A stretch of DNA of 64,000 bases from Octopus sinensis (taxonomy: Eukaryota). Under the pieces are notes generated by a model. It was not told where the DNA came from, searched no databases, and saw only the letters and a list, made by a program, of their open reading frames with translations. The stretch spans positions 92,566,001 to 92,630,000 of the forward strand of contig NC_043006.1 of the NCBI RefSeq assembly GCF_006345805.1. The letters run 5' to 3'. A program made the translations under genes and the position numbers. Below, piece after piece: positions 51,901 to 64,000 of this stretch (position 1 is the stretch's first letter; each line of letters opens with the position of its first letter).

Positions 51901-52599
51901 ATGTAGAAAGATATAATCTTAGGTATAATATGTTATAATTGGATAACAAAAGACACGCACGGGGAAAGCGTAAATAATGCAAAAGTAATATGTAAGGACT
52001 GCGTCAGCGTGACTATTAATTAGTTTAACAATATCGACTTTAATGAGTCGGGAACGACTCTCCGTCAGTTGTGATTCCCATAATCTGTGTTATGCAAAAA
52101 CCAACAAAAAACAAAGAAAAAACAAAGGAGATTCCAAGGCCATCTTGGATGAGGGCACGTTCTACAGCATGCTGATATAATGGCAAACTGCCTGAACTGC
52201 ATGTGCATGTATGTATTTATATAGAAACGAAAATTAATAATTCTTCACAGAGACATGTAACGTTTATATAGCTTATCCATTCATAAAAGTTGATTCTGCT
52301 GTTTTAGATTGCTCTCATTCATATATCAAAATTCGGAAGTTTGATGCTCAGTGAATGAAGAATATACATATACGTACTTACGTGCACTCTGCAGCAGACA
52401 AATATCAAGTTATATTTTCTGATAAAAGGTGTCCCAACGAGCTGCAATTTAAAATATCTGTTTTGCATTCGATTTTGTATATACGTAACTTATGTTAAAC
52501 TTTGATGAAATAGTCTACTAGATGTCGCTACCTTCTAAAACTGTTTGCATATTCCAATATGTAACACAGTTTTCGTCGGTTCGACAAACACACGTACAC

Positions 52600-52862
52600 A
52601 CACATATATATGATATGTGTGTGTATGTGTGTTTATATGTGTGTATATATGTGTATATATATATGTATGTGTATATATGTATGTATATGTATATATATAT
52701 ATGTGTGTATATATATGTGTTTGTGCGTGTATATATATATATATGTATGTGTATATATATATGCGTGTATGCGTGTGTATATCAATATGTGTGAGAGTGT
52801 ACATATGTGTATGTATATATATATATATCTGTGTATGTACATATAGATATGAGTGTGTGTAC

Positions 52863-52896
<34 letters not shown>

Positions 52897-52925
52897 GTAT
52901 CTACATATATAGGTGTGTATGTATG

Positions 52926-52960
<35 letters not shown>

Positions 52961-53270
52961 ATGTACATATACATGTGTGTGTGTATGTATATATATATGT
53001 GTGTATGTCCATATATATGTGTTTGTGTATGTGTGTGTATATATATATATATATATGTATGTATATGTGTGTGTACGTATATATATATATATGTGTGTAT
53101 ATGTGTGTGTGTATGTATATGTGTGTACGTATATATATATATATGTGTGTGTGTGTATGTATATATGTGTGCGTGTGTGTGTATGTATACATGTGTGCGT
53201 GTGTGTATATATGTACATGTGCAGGTATGTAGATATGTGCGTGTCTCTCTCTCTCTATATATATATAACT
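52600..53270. repeat. Long cryptic (TA)n/(TG)n microsatellite
   Basis: Read directly. Confidence 0.9.
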
Positions 53271-54149
53271 GTTTTAAACACACTGGTCTGGAAAATGTCT
53301 TCCGATTTGATCTGGGGGTGTAATTGGACACCAACTAGAGTATGTTTCTTAATAACAGGCATTTCTATGGTTACGTGCAGGATTTGCCTTTGACGATAGG
53401 TATTCTTTGTCATTCTAACAGGAAAATAAGACTTTCACAGAGAGCATCATTTTACTTTCTGCATTGAAGATCATAATAGTAGACCGTAAGTTTGATTAGA
53501 AGTTAAATGTATCTATTGTTCACACAATCCTTATTCTCATTTTAACTACTCCTGTTCTCAAACTTCGCTTTCTACTTTCTGATATCAATAAAACCTTTTC
53601 GTACTTAATACCATAGCAATTATGTAGTTCCCGGAATCAACATTTCATCACGTGTGTCCATAAATGAAATAATGTTTCACGATAATAAATAAGATATAGA
53701 TCTCAAGAGTCATTTCAATTGATGTCAGGCTCCTCTTATGCAAGGACACAATATTCCCCGAGTTCTGTCTTTCTAATATATTTGTATAATACATATCATA
53801 ATTAAAGACGTCGTTAGAAATAATTTGTCTCTGACGCAGATATTTTGTTTTCGCTATATCTATTTCGCTTTCAGTAAGCACTCCCATGATTAATGCATAA
53901 TTATATAGTTTATATATATTTTCCTTTGAATATATATTTACATCAAATGTTAAATATTAATTAGACGAAAAGAGAGGAAATTCAACAGAGAAGATAAATG
54001 ACAGTGATACGTTCTTCTTTATATTTCCACGTTGATCACTGACACCATTAATAGTACAGAGTGTCTATGAAAGCGGTACACGACTAATATATTAATCAAA
54101 ACAATTTATATGATTCTACAAACTATCGACTAACCACTATTCATAATCA

Positions 54150-54173
54150 TTAATAATAATATTAATAATATTA

Positions 54174-54218
<45 letters not shown>

Positions 54219-54310
54219 TTAATAATAGTAATAATAATATTAATAGTAATAATGATAATAATAATAATAATAATAATAGTAATAATAATAACGATAATAA
54301 TGATAATATT
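54150..54310. repeat. (AAT)n microsatellite
   Basis: Read directly. Confidence 0.9.
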
Positions 54311-54708
54311 TTATAATGTGTTTCTCTTTATTTCTTTCAATAAAAACCGATATAAAATTTGTTTTAAGCAAATCTCATGAAGCTATGTATACCTCAATTA
54401 TGATAGAATAACATTTGTTATTCATATATTCACGTGCGCAATAGATTATTTCAATAAATCAATGTTAACTGGTATTAAGTCATGCGCAGATGAACGGATA
54501 TTTGAAGTGATCTCATATTGTCAAATATTCAGATGCAATCCTGTATATTCAGTATTTGTTTGTTACTGTTTATATGAAGAACAAAATAATGCCAGAGTAT
54601 CTGTATCTCATTATTTTTATTCATAACTGCATTAACGTAGAACAATAGTGAGATTCAAAACGGTATATACATACATAGATGCATACATACACTCACAGAT
54701 GTGTGTGC

Positions 54709-54753
<45 letters not shown>

Positions 54754-54806
54754 CACACTTATATTTATATATGCGTGTTTGTATATATACATACACACAT
54801 ATATAA

Positions 54807-54852
<46 letters not shown>

Positions 54853-55689
54853 TCATATCAATGAAAAAATAGGAAGGCTTCATGCATTTAACATCCAGTT
54901 AAAGAGAAAACTTTGCATAAGTTTTCGAGTATGAGAATCAATTTTAGTTCCAATTGATCACTGATTGTGCACTTAAATGCTATATACGTTTTGATGAAAA
55001 TTGCTAAACCCCTTAAACTGACATTTTCTTATCTTCTCTCTACAGAAAATTTATTAATAAAAGATGAAATGCTAATAAATGTATTTTATTAGTATGGAGA
55101 GGTAGACGTAAATTCATGTTCAAATTTGTAATACAATCACATTTCATGGTTTCCTTTTTAAGTCGACAGCATTCTGCATGCGCTATTAATATATTACCTC
55201 AATATCTTCCTGGTTTGAATTATACCGAATTACTATAATTCTTTGAGTAACTTCGAAAAGAAGTTAGACTATACTGGAGAAGCTATTTTAAATTCATTGT
55301 CTCTGACGACGCCAAGGTGTCTAGTAACGACGAAACGTAATTGTGCATTGTGTTTCTAAGGAATGAAAAAATAATAATCTTTCGTTTTTTTCGGAAATAT
55401 ATAGCTATTATTTTCAAACTTAAATTTGTTTTACATATAATATCAAACATTTGAAATATTGTGTATGCAACATTGGCTGGAATGCTCAAAATAATCTACT
55501 TAGAATAAATCTAAGCCGAAACGCCTCTGATAGTGCTTGCACGATTTAATCTTTGCCTTTCCAAACAAGCGGTACATTTAACCATTTCAAAAAATTTCTT
55601 AGATATCATAATGTATATCAATCTGATACAGGAAATATTCCTTTTTTAGATTCGTTTCCACTTTTTCTGATTCTTTCACATATAACTAA

Positions 55690-55715
55690 GGATTATATAT
55701 ATACATACATATATG

Positions 55716-55803
<88 letters not shown>

Positions 55804-56035
55804 TTCATATATTAATACACACACACATATATATATATATATATACATTCATATATATATATATACATACATATATATATATACATACATATATATACAT
55901 ATATATATATACATATATGTATGCATATATATACATATACATATATATATAAATATACATATATATATATAAAAATATACATATATATATAAATCTACAT
56001 ATATATATATATACATAATATATATATAATTTAAA
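55690..56035. repeat. Imperfect (TA)n/(CA)n microsatellite
   Basis: Read directly. Confidence 0.9.
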
Positions 56036-56325
56036 TCTACATCTTTGTCTATGTATCTACCTTCTCTATAATGTTGCCACTTGATATGAAATTTTTGTAT
56101 TAATGGAAAACCTCTATAATTGGCTCAGCATTTTAAAACTGTTGTAATACTTACAACATTTAATAAAATGATGTAGTAAGAGACGATCGTACCAAAATTC
56201 CGGAGTCATTCTTGTTGCTTATTTTGATTATAATCACCCCACGGATTTTTATGGATAGCACCATACAGAATTCTGGTGCATCTAAATTAAGTACCATATT
56301 CATTTGAATCTAAACTTTTGCTGAA

Positions 56326-56369
<44 letters not shown>

Positions 56370-56756
56370 CTGTATGTGTGTGTGTCAAATGAAAATGGAA
56401 GATACGAGTTATCGCTCCCTCAATGGTAGAATACAAGCGTCCTTCTTCGCGGACGCTGGTATGAACGAGCGTACATGCGCCCTGCAGCTTGCAGGAGAGC
56501 GTTTACACATCCATATCTGTTTAGTTATTTTCAATACTTTTCTCGCTATATTCCGTTTTCGTTTCTTTTTCTACATTTGTTATTTTATTTTTATTTTATT
56601 TTGGAAAATATCTACTTTGTTTCGCGGCTTTTCTTTACACGAAATGAGATGTTATTTTAACGAGTAATATTTATTTATCGCCCGAAGAGACACATCTGCT
56701 CCTCGGATGCTCCTGACCAGTTGTTAAGTATTCCACTCGTTAAGGATCTGTTCGTC

Positions 56757-56905
56757 CACACCATCGCTTGAAAACTAACGTTGGTGTGTTTACGTCCCCG
56801 TAACTTAGCGGTTCGGCCAAAGTGGCTGATAAGTACTAGACTTAGTCCTGTGGTCGATTTGTTCGACTAAAGGCGTTGCTCCAGTAACGCCGCAGTCAAT
56901 TGATT
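56757..56905 (+). mobile_element. SINE 3' half (family of 35346-35730)
   Basis: CATCGCTTGA...GTTGGTGTGTTTACGTCCCCGTAACTTAGCGGTTCGG is shared with about 35565-35610. Confidence 0.7.
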
Positions 56906-57178
56906 AAGAAGAAGAATAAGAAAGAATAAAAACAATATGCATTTATAAATACATAACAGTTCCGAAAACCCAGTTCAAATATCTTACAAGATCATAGAAA
57001 TTATAGAGAAATATCCAGATAACTTTATTCAAAAAGATTTCATTTGAAAATTATTCCTTGTATGAATGAATTTAACATACACCGACCGCTCGCTGCCTTT
57101 ACCTACGCAGTAAAACTATGCCTTAAGGCAAATCTAACTAGTTGCTTGGCATTTATTTAGTTCGAAATTTATACAAAA

Positions 57179-57579
57179 CTAGCAGTATCGCCCGGCGTTG
57201 CTCGGTTTTGTAAGGGAAATAACTATATAAGCATTTTTAGAGATGTAAAGTATAATAGCCATCTCAATATGGCTAGCCACAAAGGGGGGGGGGGGTGTTA
57301 CTGTAGCTTTTTACGTTCTGAGATTTAATAATAAATTTTTAGAGAGTTATTTCCCTTATATATGCCAAAAATGCATTAAAAATAGGAAAAATTGATGGTA
57401 AATTCTTTTTAAAATGGTAGACTCATTGTAGACGCGCGCTAATACCCAGAAGGGCTCGATATGAATCACGACTATAAGATACCCGGTTTTGGTTAAACTG
57501 CACCGCAAAATGTGGGAGTAGTTAGGAATCTAAATCGTAGGAGACAGACATCACACAACCTCTCTTTTATATATAAAGA
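57179..57579 (-). mobile_element. Non-autonomous Helitron (401 bp)
   Basis: On the minus strand it starts A|TCTTTATATAT and ends with hairpin CCGAGCAACGCCGG, then GCGATACTG and CTAG|T. This gives 5' TC, 3' hairpin-CTAG and an A|T target. Confidence 0.85.
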
Positions 57580-58027
57580 TATTACACGCGATGTTATAAG
57601 CTTCATAAATGTATTATTAGACACTAAAAAAACGATTATGATTGTTGAAGAATAACGTTCAGATCAGAAGGCACACCGTTATAAAAAATTTAAAAAAACA
57701 CGACAAACAAATGAGAGTAAAAATATTCGTTACCCTTTTTCCGTTGTTTTTAGAACGTGTCACACGCCTTTATTTATGTGAATTGAACATTAATAACAAC
57801 AGAATAAACAAATCTCAATTTGATACAAATCAAAATGATCTTGAAAAGAAGCAGGATTCTAATATAACACAACTTAATCGCAAATATTTTTTCTATATTA
57901 CTCTATCATCTCCCTTCAAAGCAAACACTGGTTAATGTATATACATATGCACACATATACGCACACACACATATATATGTATATATAAATTTATATATAT
58001 ATATGTGTGTGTGGGGAGGCATATATG

Positions 58028-58058
<31 letters not shown>

Positions 58059-58061
<3 letters not shown>

Positions 58062-58565
58062 ATAGAAATATTAAAATTACTAAGTCTCTATAAAAGAGAT
58101 TACGCCAGCGTTTACTGGAAAGTAATTGTTATCGCCATATTAATATGGCATTCTTATAGATATAAGAATAATCGCTGCCGCTGGTCAGCTCCATGAGGCC
58201 ACTGCCATCAAGATAGCTATTAATACACGATCTGTATCCATTATAACCTTCGAACAAGGGAGGTCAGTCGCTTCACACTGCCAGTCCGACAGCTACAGAC
58301 GCGTTTCGGGGTATTGCCCCTTGTCAATGTAGCGCAGTCAGACCCGCAGGTGTCGCCACTGACGTCTCTGTTCGAAGGTTTCTATTTACCTAGTTTCAAT
58401 GGAATACATCCATTTATTTTCAATAATAGAAATATTAAAATTACTAAGTCTCTATAAAAGAGATTACGGCAGCGTTTACTGGAAATTAATTGTTATCGCC
58501 ATATTAATATGGCATTCTTATAGATATAAGAATAATCGCTGCCGCTGGTCAGCTCCATGAGGCCA
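58059..58565 (-). mobile_element. Retrozyme-like unit: 1.4 tandem copies of a 364-bp hammerhead-containing monomer
   Basis: 143-bp direct repeats at 58059-58201 and 58423-58565 (2 mismatches) flank a central hammerhead embedded in a long imperfect inverted repeat (58245-58380). There is no coding capacity. Confidence 0.75.
58292..58333 (-). ncRNA. Type I hammerhead ribozyme with U3-A8 core covariation
   Basis: Minus-strand RNA GCUACA-UUGACAA-GGGG(CAAUA)CCCC-GAAAC(GC)GUC/UGUAGC gives a 6-bp helix I, 4-bp helix II, short palindromic helix III (ACGCGU) and a GUC cleavage triplet. Confidence 0.85.
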
Positions 58566-59145
58566 TCAAATGGCACTTTCTCATTTCTTAATTGGAAGAG
58601 CCAGGTTGAAAATAGTTTCGCACATCGGTCCCCATGTAATGAAGCTCGCGCATTAATATTGAAGGAGAGTTTCATTACTTTATTCAATAGGTGTGAAGAG
58701 TTAATGCATGCTTTTATTTTATCTTGTTCGTCTCAGAATGACTGGTAATGTCTGTCTGAAGTCCCCTGATAAAACTAATGTAACTCCTCCCATAGATTTA
58801 TTGTTGCCTCTGATGTCCTGTAAGGTCTTATCAAGAGTTTCCATTGCCCCTCTATGTAACATGGTGCATTCATCCCAAATGATCAGGTGACATTGGCACA
58901 ACACTTCTGCTGAATCTGAATCTTTGCTTATGTTATAAATCAGACTGTCACTTGTCACCAGGTTTAGTGGTAATTTAAAAGCAGAATGAGATGTTCGTCC
59001 TAGAAGGAGAATGGTTGCAGCAAAGGGAGACAATGGTACAGCAACTGCAATTTTCTTTTTGTTGCCTTACTTTGAAGAGAAGTAATGTTACAAATGTTTT
59101 ACCTGTGTCACCAGGAGCATCAAGAAAGGAAATTGCTCTGCTTGT
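58566..59145 (-). pseudogene. Helitron PIF1-like helicase fragment
   Basis: Contains FLDAPGDTGKTF (degenerate Walker A), GRTSHSAFKLP, LIIWDECTM (Walker B), GGVTLVLSGDFRQTLPVI and FSTWLFQL, with frameshifts. Confidence 0.88.
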
Positions 59146-60352
59146 TTTTGACGATTGTGGAGCGCGACAAGTACAGACATATACGCTCGTACAAAGATAC
59201 ATACACTATGAAATAGAGGAAATGGACGTGTGTAAGAGAGTGAGTGAAGGGGCGTGTTGTCATGCATGCGTGCATACATAGATAAATAGGCATACTTCTT
59301 TCTTGTATGTACTGTGCGTGCGTGTGTGTGTGTGTGACAGAGAGATAGTTCCACTTAGATATCACTCTCTCTCTCTCTCCCTCTCACACACACATATGCA
59401 TACAAAAAACATGTATGCATATGTATTTATGTACGAATACATAACCCACCCCTTCACTCACTCACACACACATAAGCGTATACAAACGTACATACAAAAA
59501 CAGGTATGCGTGTGTGATTCACTAGAAATACATTTTTTTACGTAAATTAACGAAGTGTCGCACACTTCCATCAAAATAATGCTCTTTTTTGGGACGCCCC
59601 ATAATGAATTGCAAAATTCTGTATAATAAAGAAACCAAACCAGAAGTGTGTGCGCGTGAGTATACGACGGGCAGATAGTAAATAAGAAATTTTAACGGAA
59701 AATAAAATGCTGTACGGTTTGAAGCGAAATTTGTCACTCAGGGAACCAAAGAGCTAGTATCGAAGGAACCAAAAAGAAACCGTCGACGACAGAAAAATAC
59801 GAAGCCGTACGGATTGAAGTGTAATTAATGAAGATATTTCTGTCAGTAAATTATGAAATTACTTACATTAGTAATTGTGAACTTTTTTCTGTCAGTAATT
59901 TGTCGTTTGTTTGTAAATAGCGATTCTAAACTTTAGACTTAAAGTGAAAACAATAACATGGAAGTGAAACAATGGCATATGAAAACTGGAATTGAAAAGA
60001 AGCGATATAGATAGAGATATGTTACAGAGACATAGATAAAGATGGATATACATATATAAAGAGATGTGTTACGTCACTGACGGTATGGAACCGAAAGTAA
60101 GGATTTAAAAGTCTTTGAAAGACGTGAATGTAATATGAAAAGCAAACTTTATTTAAAATAATTTTTAATAAACGAAAATTCAAATGAAGACCCTATTATA
60201 CGTCAAGGGTCAAATTATGCATGCATCAGAAGTATTGAAGTAATCGGTAAGGTTGTTTTCGCATTAAACGTGAATACACACACACATATATATAATACAA
60301 CAGATGTACACACACACACACATATATATACATACATATATATATAGGCTGT

Positions 60353-61430
60353 ATCATCATCGTCGTTTAACGTCCGCGTCCATGATAGCATGCATTAGAC
60401 GATTTGACTGGGGACTGGCAAACCAGGTGGCTGCACCAGACTGCAGTCTCTACAGCTGGATGCCCTTCCTAACGCCAATCACTCCGAGAGTCTAGTGGGT
60501 GCTTTTTACGTGTCACCGGCACGAAGGCCAGTCAGGCGGTACTGCCAACGGTCACGAAAAATCGCGTTTTTTTACGTGTCACCTGCACAGCGGTGCAAGT
60601 GCCAGTAAGGTGATGTTGGTAACGATCATGCTCGAATGGTGCTTTTTACGTGCCACCAGCACGAATGCCAGTTAGCTGCTCTGGCAACGATCACGCTCGG
60701 ATGGTGCTCTTAGTGCTCCACTAGCACAGATGCCAGTCATCGAATTTGATTTCGATTCCGATTTCACTTGCCTCAACAGGTCTTCGCAAGCAGTGTCCAA
60801 TGAAGGCTTCAAGGTTATGGTCTCACTTGGCTTGCCGGGTCTTCTCAAGAGCAGCATATTTCCAAAATTCTCAGTCACTGGTCATTGCCTCGGTGAGGCC
60901 TAATGTTCGAAGGTCGTGCTTCACCACTTCATCCCAGGTCTTCCTGGGTCTACGTCTTCCACGGGTTCCCTCAACCGCTAGGGTGTGGAAATTTTTCACA
61001 CAGGTATCCTCATCAATTCTCGCTACATGACCATACCAGCGCAGTCATATCTTCTGCACACTACATCTGATGCTCCTCAGGTCCAACTTTTCTCTCAAGG
61101 TACTTACACTCTGTCGAGTATGCACACTGACAATACAAATCCATCGGAGCATGCTGGCTTCATTACTTGCAAGCTTATGCATGTGCTCAGCAATTACAGC
61201 CCATGTTTCACTGCCATGTAGCATGGCTGTTCGTACACATGTGTCATACAGTCTACCTTTTTACTCTGAGCGAGAGGCCCTTTGTCACCAGCAGGGGTAG
61301 GAGCTCTCTGAACTTTGCCCAGGCTATTCTTATTCTTGCAGCTACCCTTTCAGCGCACCTTTCCCCGCTACTGACTTGGTCGCCTAGGTAACGGAAGTTA
61401 TCGACTACTTCTAGTTTTTCTCTCTGGAGT
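60353..61430 (-). mobile_element. RTE-clade LINE 3' portion
   Basis: Minus-strand translation VVDNFRYLG...AWAKFRELLPLL...MLHGSETW...LRWYGHVAR...GRRRPRKTW. The 3' UTR (60353-60820) ends in a (GAT)n tail. Confidence 0.88.
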
Positions 61431-61466
61431 GTGACGGAAGTTGTTCTCAGTAGCTGTGTGTGTGTC

Positions 61467-61512
<46 letters not shown>

Positions 61513-61515
<3 letters not shown>

Positions 61516-62904
61516 CCTTGACCAAATGTATTAGGCCACCCCCAATGTTTTGGGGTTCTTCTATCTCGGTGTTAACGAAACTCGTGCACATGGTTGATCA
61601 TGGTATATTTCACAATATACATTAGATTTAGTAACAGGTTGACCTTCCTTTATCATCAGTTACCACTTTTATACTGTACTGTACATATGCAACCAATTAT
61701 GAGGAATAGCAATGTCCAATATGGACTTATGTTTCCTTGATTATTTCAGAGTTTTATGCTAAAATGCATTGTAGATACAGATGATAAATAGCAAAATGCC
61801 TAAAGCAAGGGAGCTGAGTGGGTGTTATAGCAAGGTCAAATCGTAGCTCATCATGACGATGGAATATCTCAAAGGCAAATTGCTCAGAAGATGAAATGTT
61901 CTCGATGTGCGGTGCAAACGACTCTCATGCACTTCAGAGAGACAGAAGATGTGAATACAATACAAAGAACAGGCAGAAAAATGTTACATCACCTTGTGAT
62001 GATAGCTCCATCATCCGTCAGTCGCTCAGAAACAGAAGTAAAACATCGTCAGAGCTCTGTGCAGACTTCAACAAGACTAGTACTCCACAAATATCAACCA
62101 GAACTGTTAGAAGAAGGGTTATAGAGTACGGTCTGAAAGGCTGTAAAGCTAGGAAGAAGCCCTGGGTTTCTGAAGCGAATATGGAAAAACGTCTTCAGTG
62201 AGTCACAAACTACTCAAAGTAGACCAGTGAGCAATGGTCAAAAGTCATATGATCTTATGAAAGTAAATATGAGCTAAGATACTACATGTATTCAATCAAC
62301 ATATAAACTTAATGTAACTGGCTTGTTACCCAAAGTATTTAAAAAATATCCAGCAAAAAGCTAATACTATTTTTCATGTTTTTACTCAGGTTTTCGGTAT
62401 ATCTGGTGCAACTTTCGTGCGTCGCAGAGTTGGGAAACATTTAAGGCTGGATGTCTGGTGCCAACCGTAAAACATGGTGGTGGTTCTATCATAGTGTGGG
62501 TTGCATGTTTGCCACAGGACCTGAAGAAATGTTTTTATGTCAGGGATGGATGAATCCGGCTACTTACGTTTCAATGTTATCGGATGTTTTAGAGCCATCA
62601 ATTGCTAAATTGCATCCAAGAGTGTCGAAAAACAGTGTTATCCTTCAACAGGACAACGTTCCATGTCATACAGCAAAGAATACTCATCAATGGTTTGAGA
62701 CACAGAGTACTGTTCCCATGGACTGGCCAGCTCAAAGTCTCGATCTAAATTCGATCGAACTCCTATGGGGAAATTGAACGTAAATGATAGTCAGCCAGAT
62801 ATTAAGATTAATGTATATTGCGAAATATAACATAATCTATCATTTGCACGAGTTTAATTAACATTGAGATTGCAGAACCCCAATACTACTACCTTTGGCC
62901 AAGG

Positions 62905-62907
<3 letters not shown>
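61513..62907 (+). mobile_element. Tc1-family transposon (1395 bp, decayed), flanked by TA
   Basis: TIRs CAGCCTTGACCAAA and TTTGGCCAAGGCTG lie between TA arrays. Transposase pieces are MPKARELS, KARKKPW, VIxSYESKYE/VFG, KHGGGSIIVWG, ILQQDNVPCH and WPAQSLDLNSIELLW. Confidence 0.9.
62274..62389 (+). other. Putative spliceosomal intron in the Tc1 transposase
   Basis: A 116-nt AT-rich insert splits the ...ESKYE|VFG motif in phase 0. It has GAG|CTAAG (donor-like but GT replaced by CT), a GCTAAT branch-like site, a pyrimidine tract and CAG|G. Confidence 0.7.
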
Positions 62908-62940
<33 letters not shown>

Positions 62941-64000
62941 GGTGGAGCGTGCGTATGTGCATGTCAGGCGTTAATAAATATACATGAACGATGAATCGTC
63001 GGCCACCTCTGTTCAACAATCGAAATGAGACTGATGAGAAATACGTTTTAATTTAATTAATCGATGCTATATAAGAGCATTATTATGCGGTATACATGAC
63101 AGGAAAACAATTGCTAAATTAATGTCTTACAAACGTATAAGTGTTTAGGTTTAAAAACAGAGAAGAGGCGATTTCGTTGAGTCATGAGTTGTACCGTATT
63201 TTTAACGACCCAGAAAGTGTCAATGACAGCTTGACATTAGCAGAATTTAAACCTTGCTGGGAAAAGACGAAACAAAATAACAGATACTGTTTAGTTTAGT
63301 TTCCGCCAGTACTGTTAATGTCGAACCAATACCTTGATAAATTCATGTATTGATAATGAAGTAATAGACTTATATGTATTTCTGTTCCCCAAACGAATTG
63401 GCTTCCCTTTAGATGTAGTGTATCTGTTTCCTTTCATACAGATGATTGTATACTTGTGTCTACATATAACTTCTGATGTATCTGAAATAAATAACTAATG
63501 ACTTGAGATTTTCGGTTAGAATATCCCAAGCTTTCTTAACTATATTCAAATTATTTTGTTTTGCTCTTGTTTCCCGTTGTTAGCGCAATCTATTTTCATT
63601 TTACTTTCGCATTCCTTTTATGAAAAATTATTCATAGTATATACCAGTCTTTTACTATTTTACTGTCAACTTTATTATGATTTCTCGAAGTCTGTAACAG
63701 TTCAATTTAAATAAGACAGAGATTGAATAGTTGTATTACCATATTCCATACAATGGCGTATTGGAAATATTGGCAGTTTTTTTTTTCTCTCATAGAAATC
63801 AAAACATTTCTATCCGCATCCAACAAATACTATTGTGTCTTCGCTTGATTTATTGCCCAGTCTATTAACCACCACCATTCCAGCCTTGTCTGAATAATGC
63901 ACAAACTAAACCGTTCCCGCTTCTTGATGTGTTTCTATTATTTTGTTGTATTTATCAATGTCTAAGACAGATAATGGCAAAGGATACACAGTTCGGTCGA

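Noticed and set aside
53320-53890. Possible minus-strand host exons (TTTTCCTGTTAG acceptor; ORF 53648-53887)
   Set aside because: No matching donor and no recognisable protein family.
55302-55345. CTGACGA...GAAACGTA as a possible hammerhead
   Set aside because: Core motifs are in the right order, but neither helix I nor helix II can pair.

Overview
This is an AT-rich, microsatellite-saturated animal genomic window with no host protein-coding exon that I can support. It is probably octopus or another cephalopod, inferred from its tRNA-derived SINE families, its RTE 3' UTR and the repeat load. Almost all non-microsatellite sequence is transposon-derived. The elements are a near full-length but decayed Dong/R4-type LINE (8152-12836, -) plus R4 fragments, two head-to-tail Tx1/L1-type LINE copies (37313-41686, +), a GC-rich Penelope-like element with RT and GIY-YIG (42047-45975, -), mariner, Tc1, RTE, CR1 and Helitron remnants, MITEs and many SINEs. 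The standout is a retrozyme-like unit at 58059-58565 (-): 1.4 copies of a highly structured 364-bp monomer. It carries a complete type I hammerhead ribozyme (58292-58333) whose conserved C3-G8 core pair is replaced by a compensatory U3-A8 pair. Other notable observations are two long near-perfect palindromes, Tx1 copies with all four ends in (ATCT)n arrays and with reciprocal deletions, and a spliceosomal-type intron inside the Tc1 transposase. All identifications were made by eye from motifs; no database search was run.
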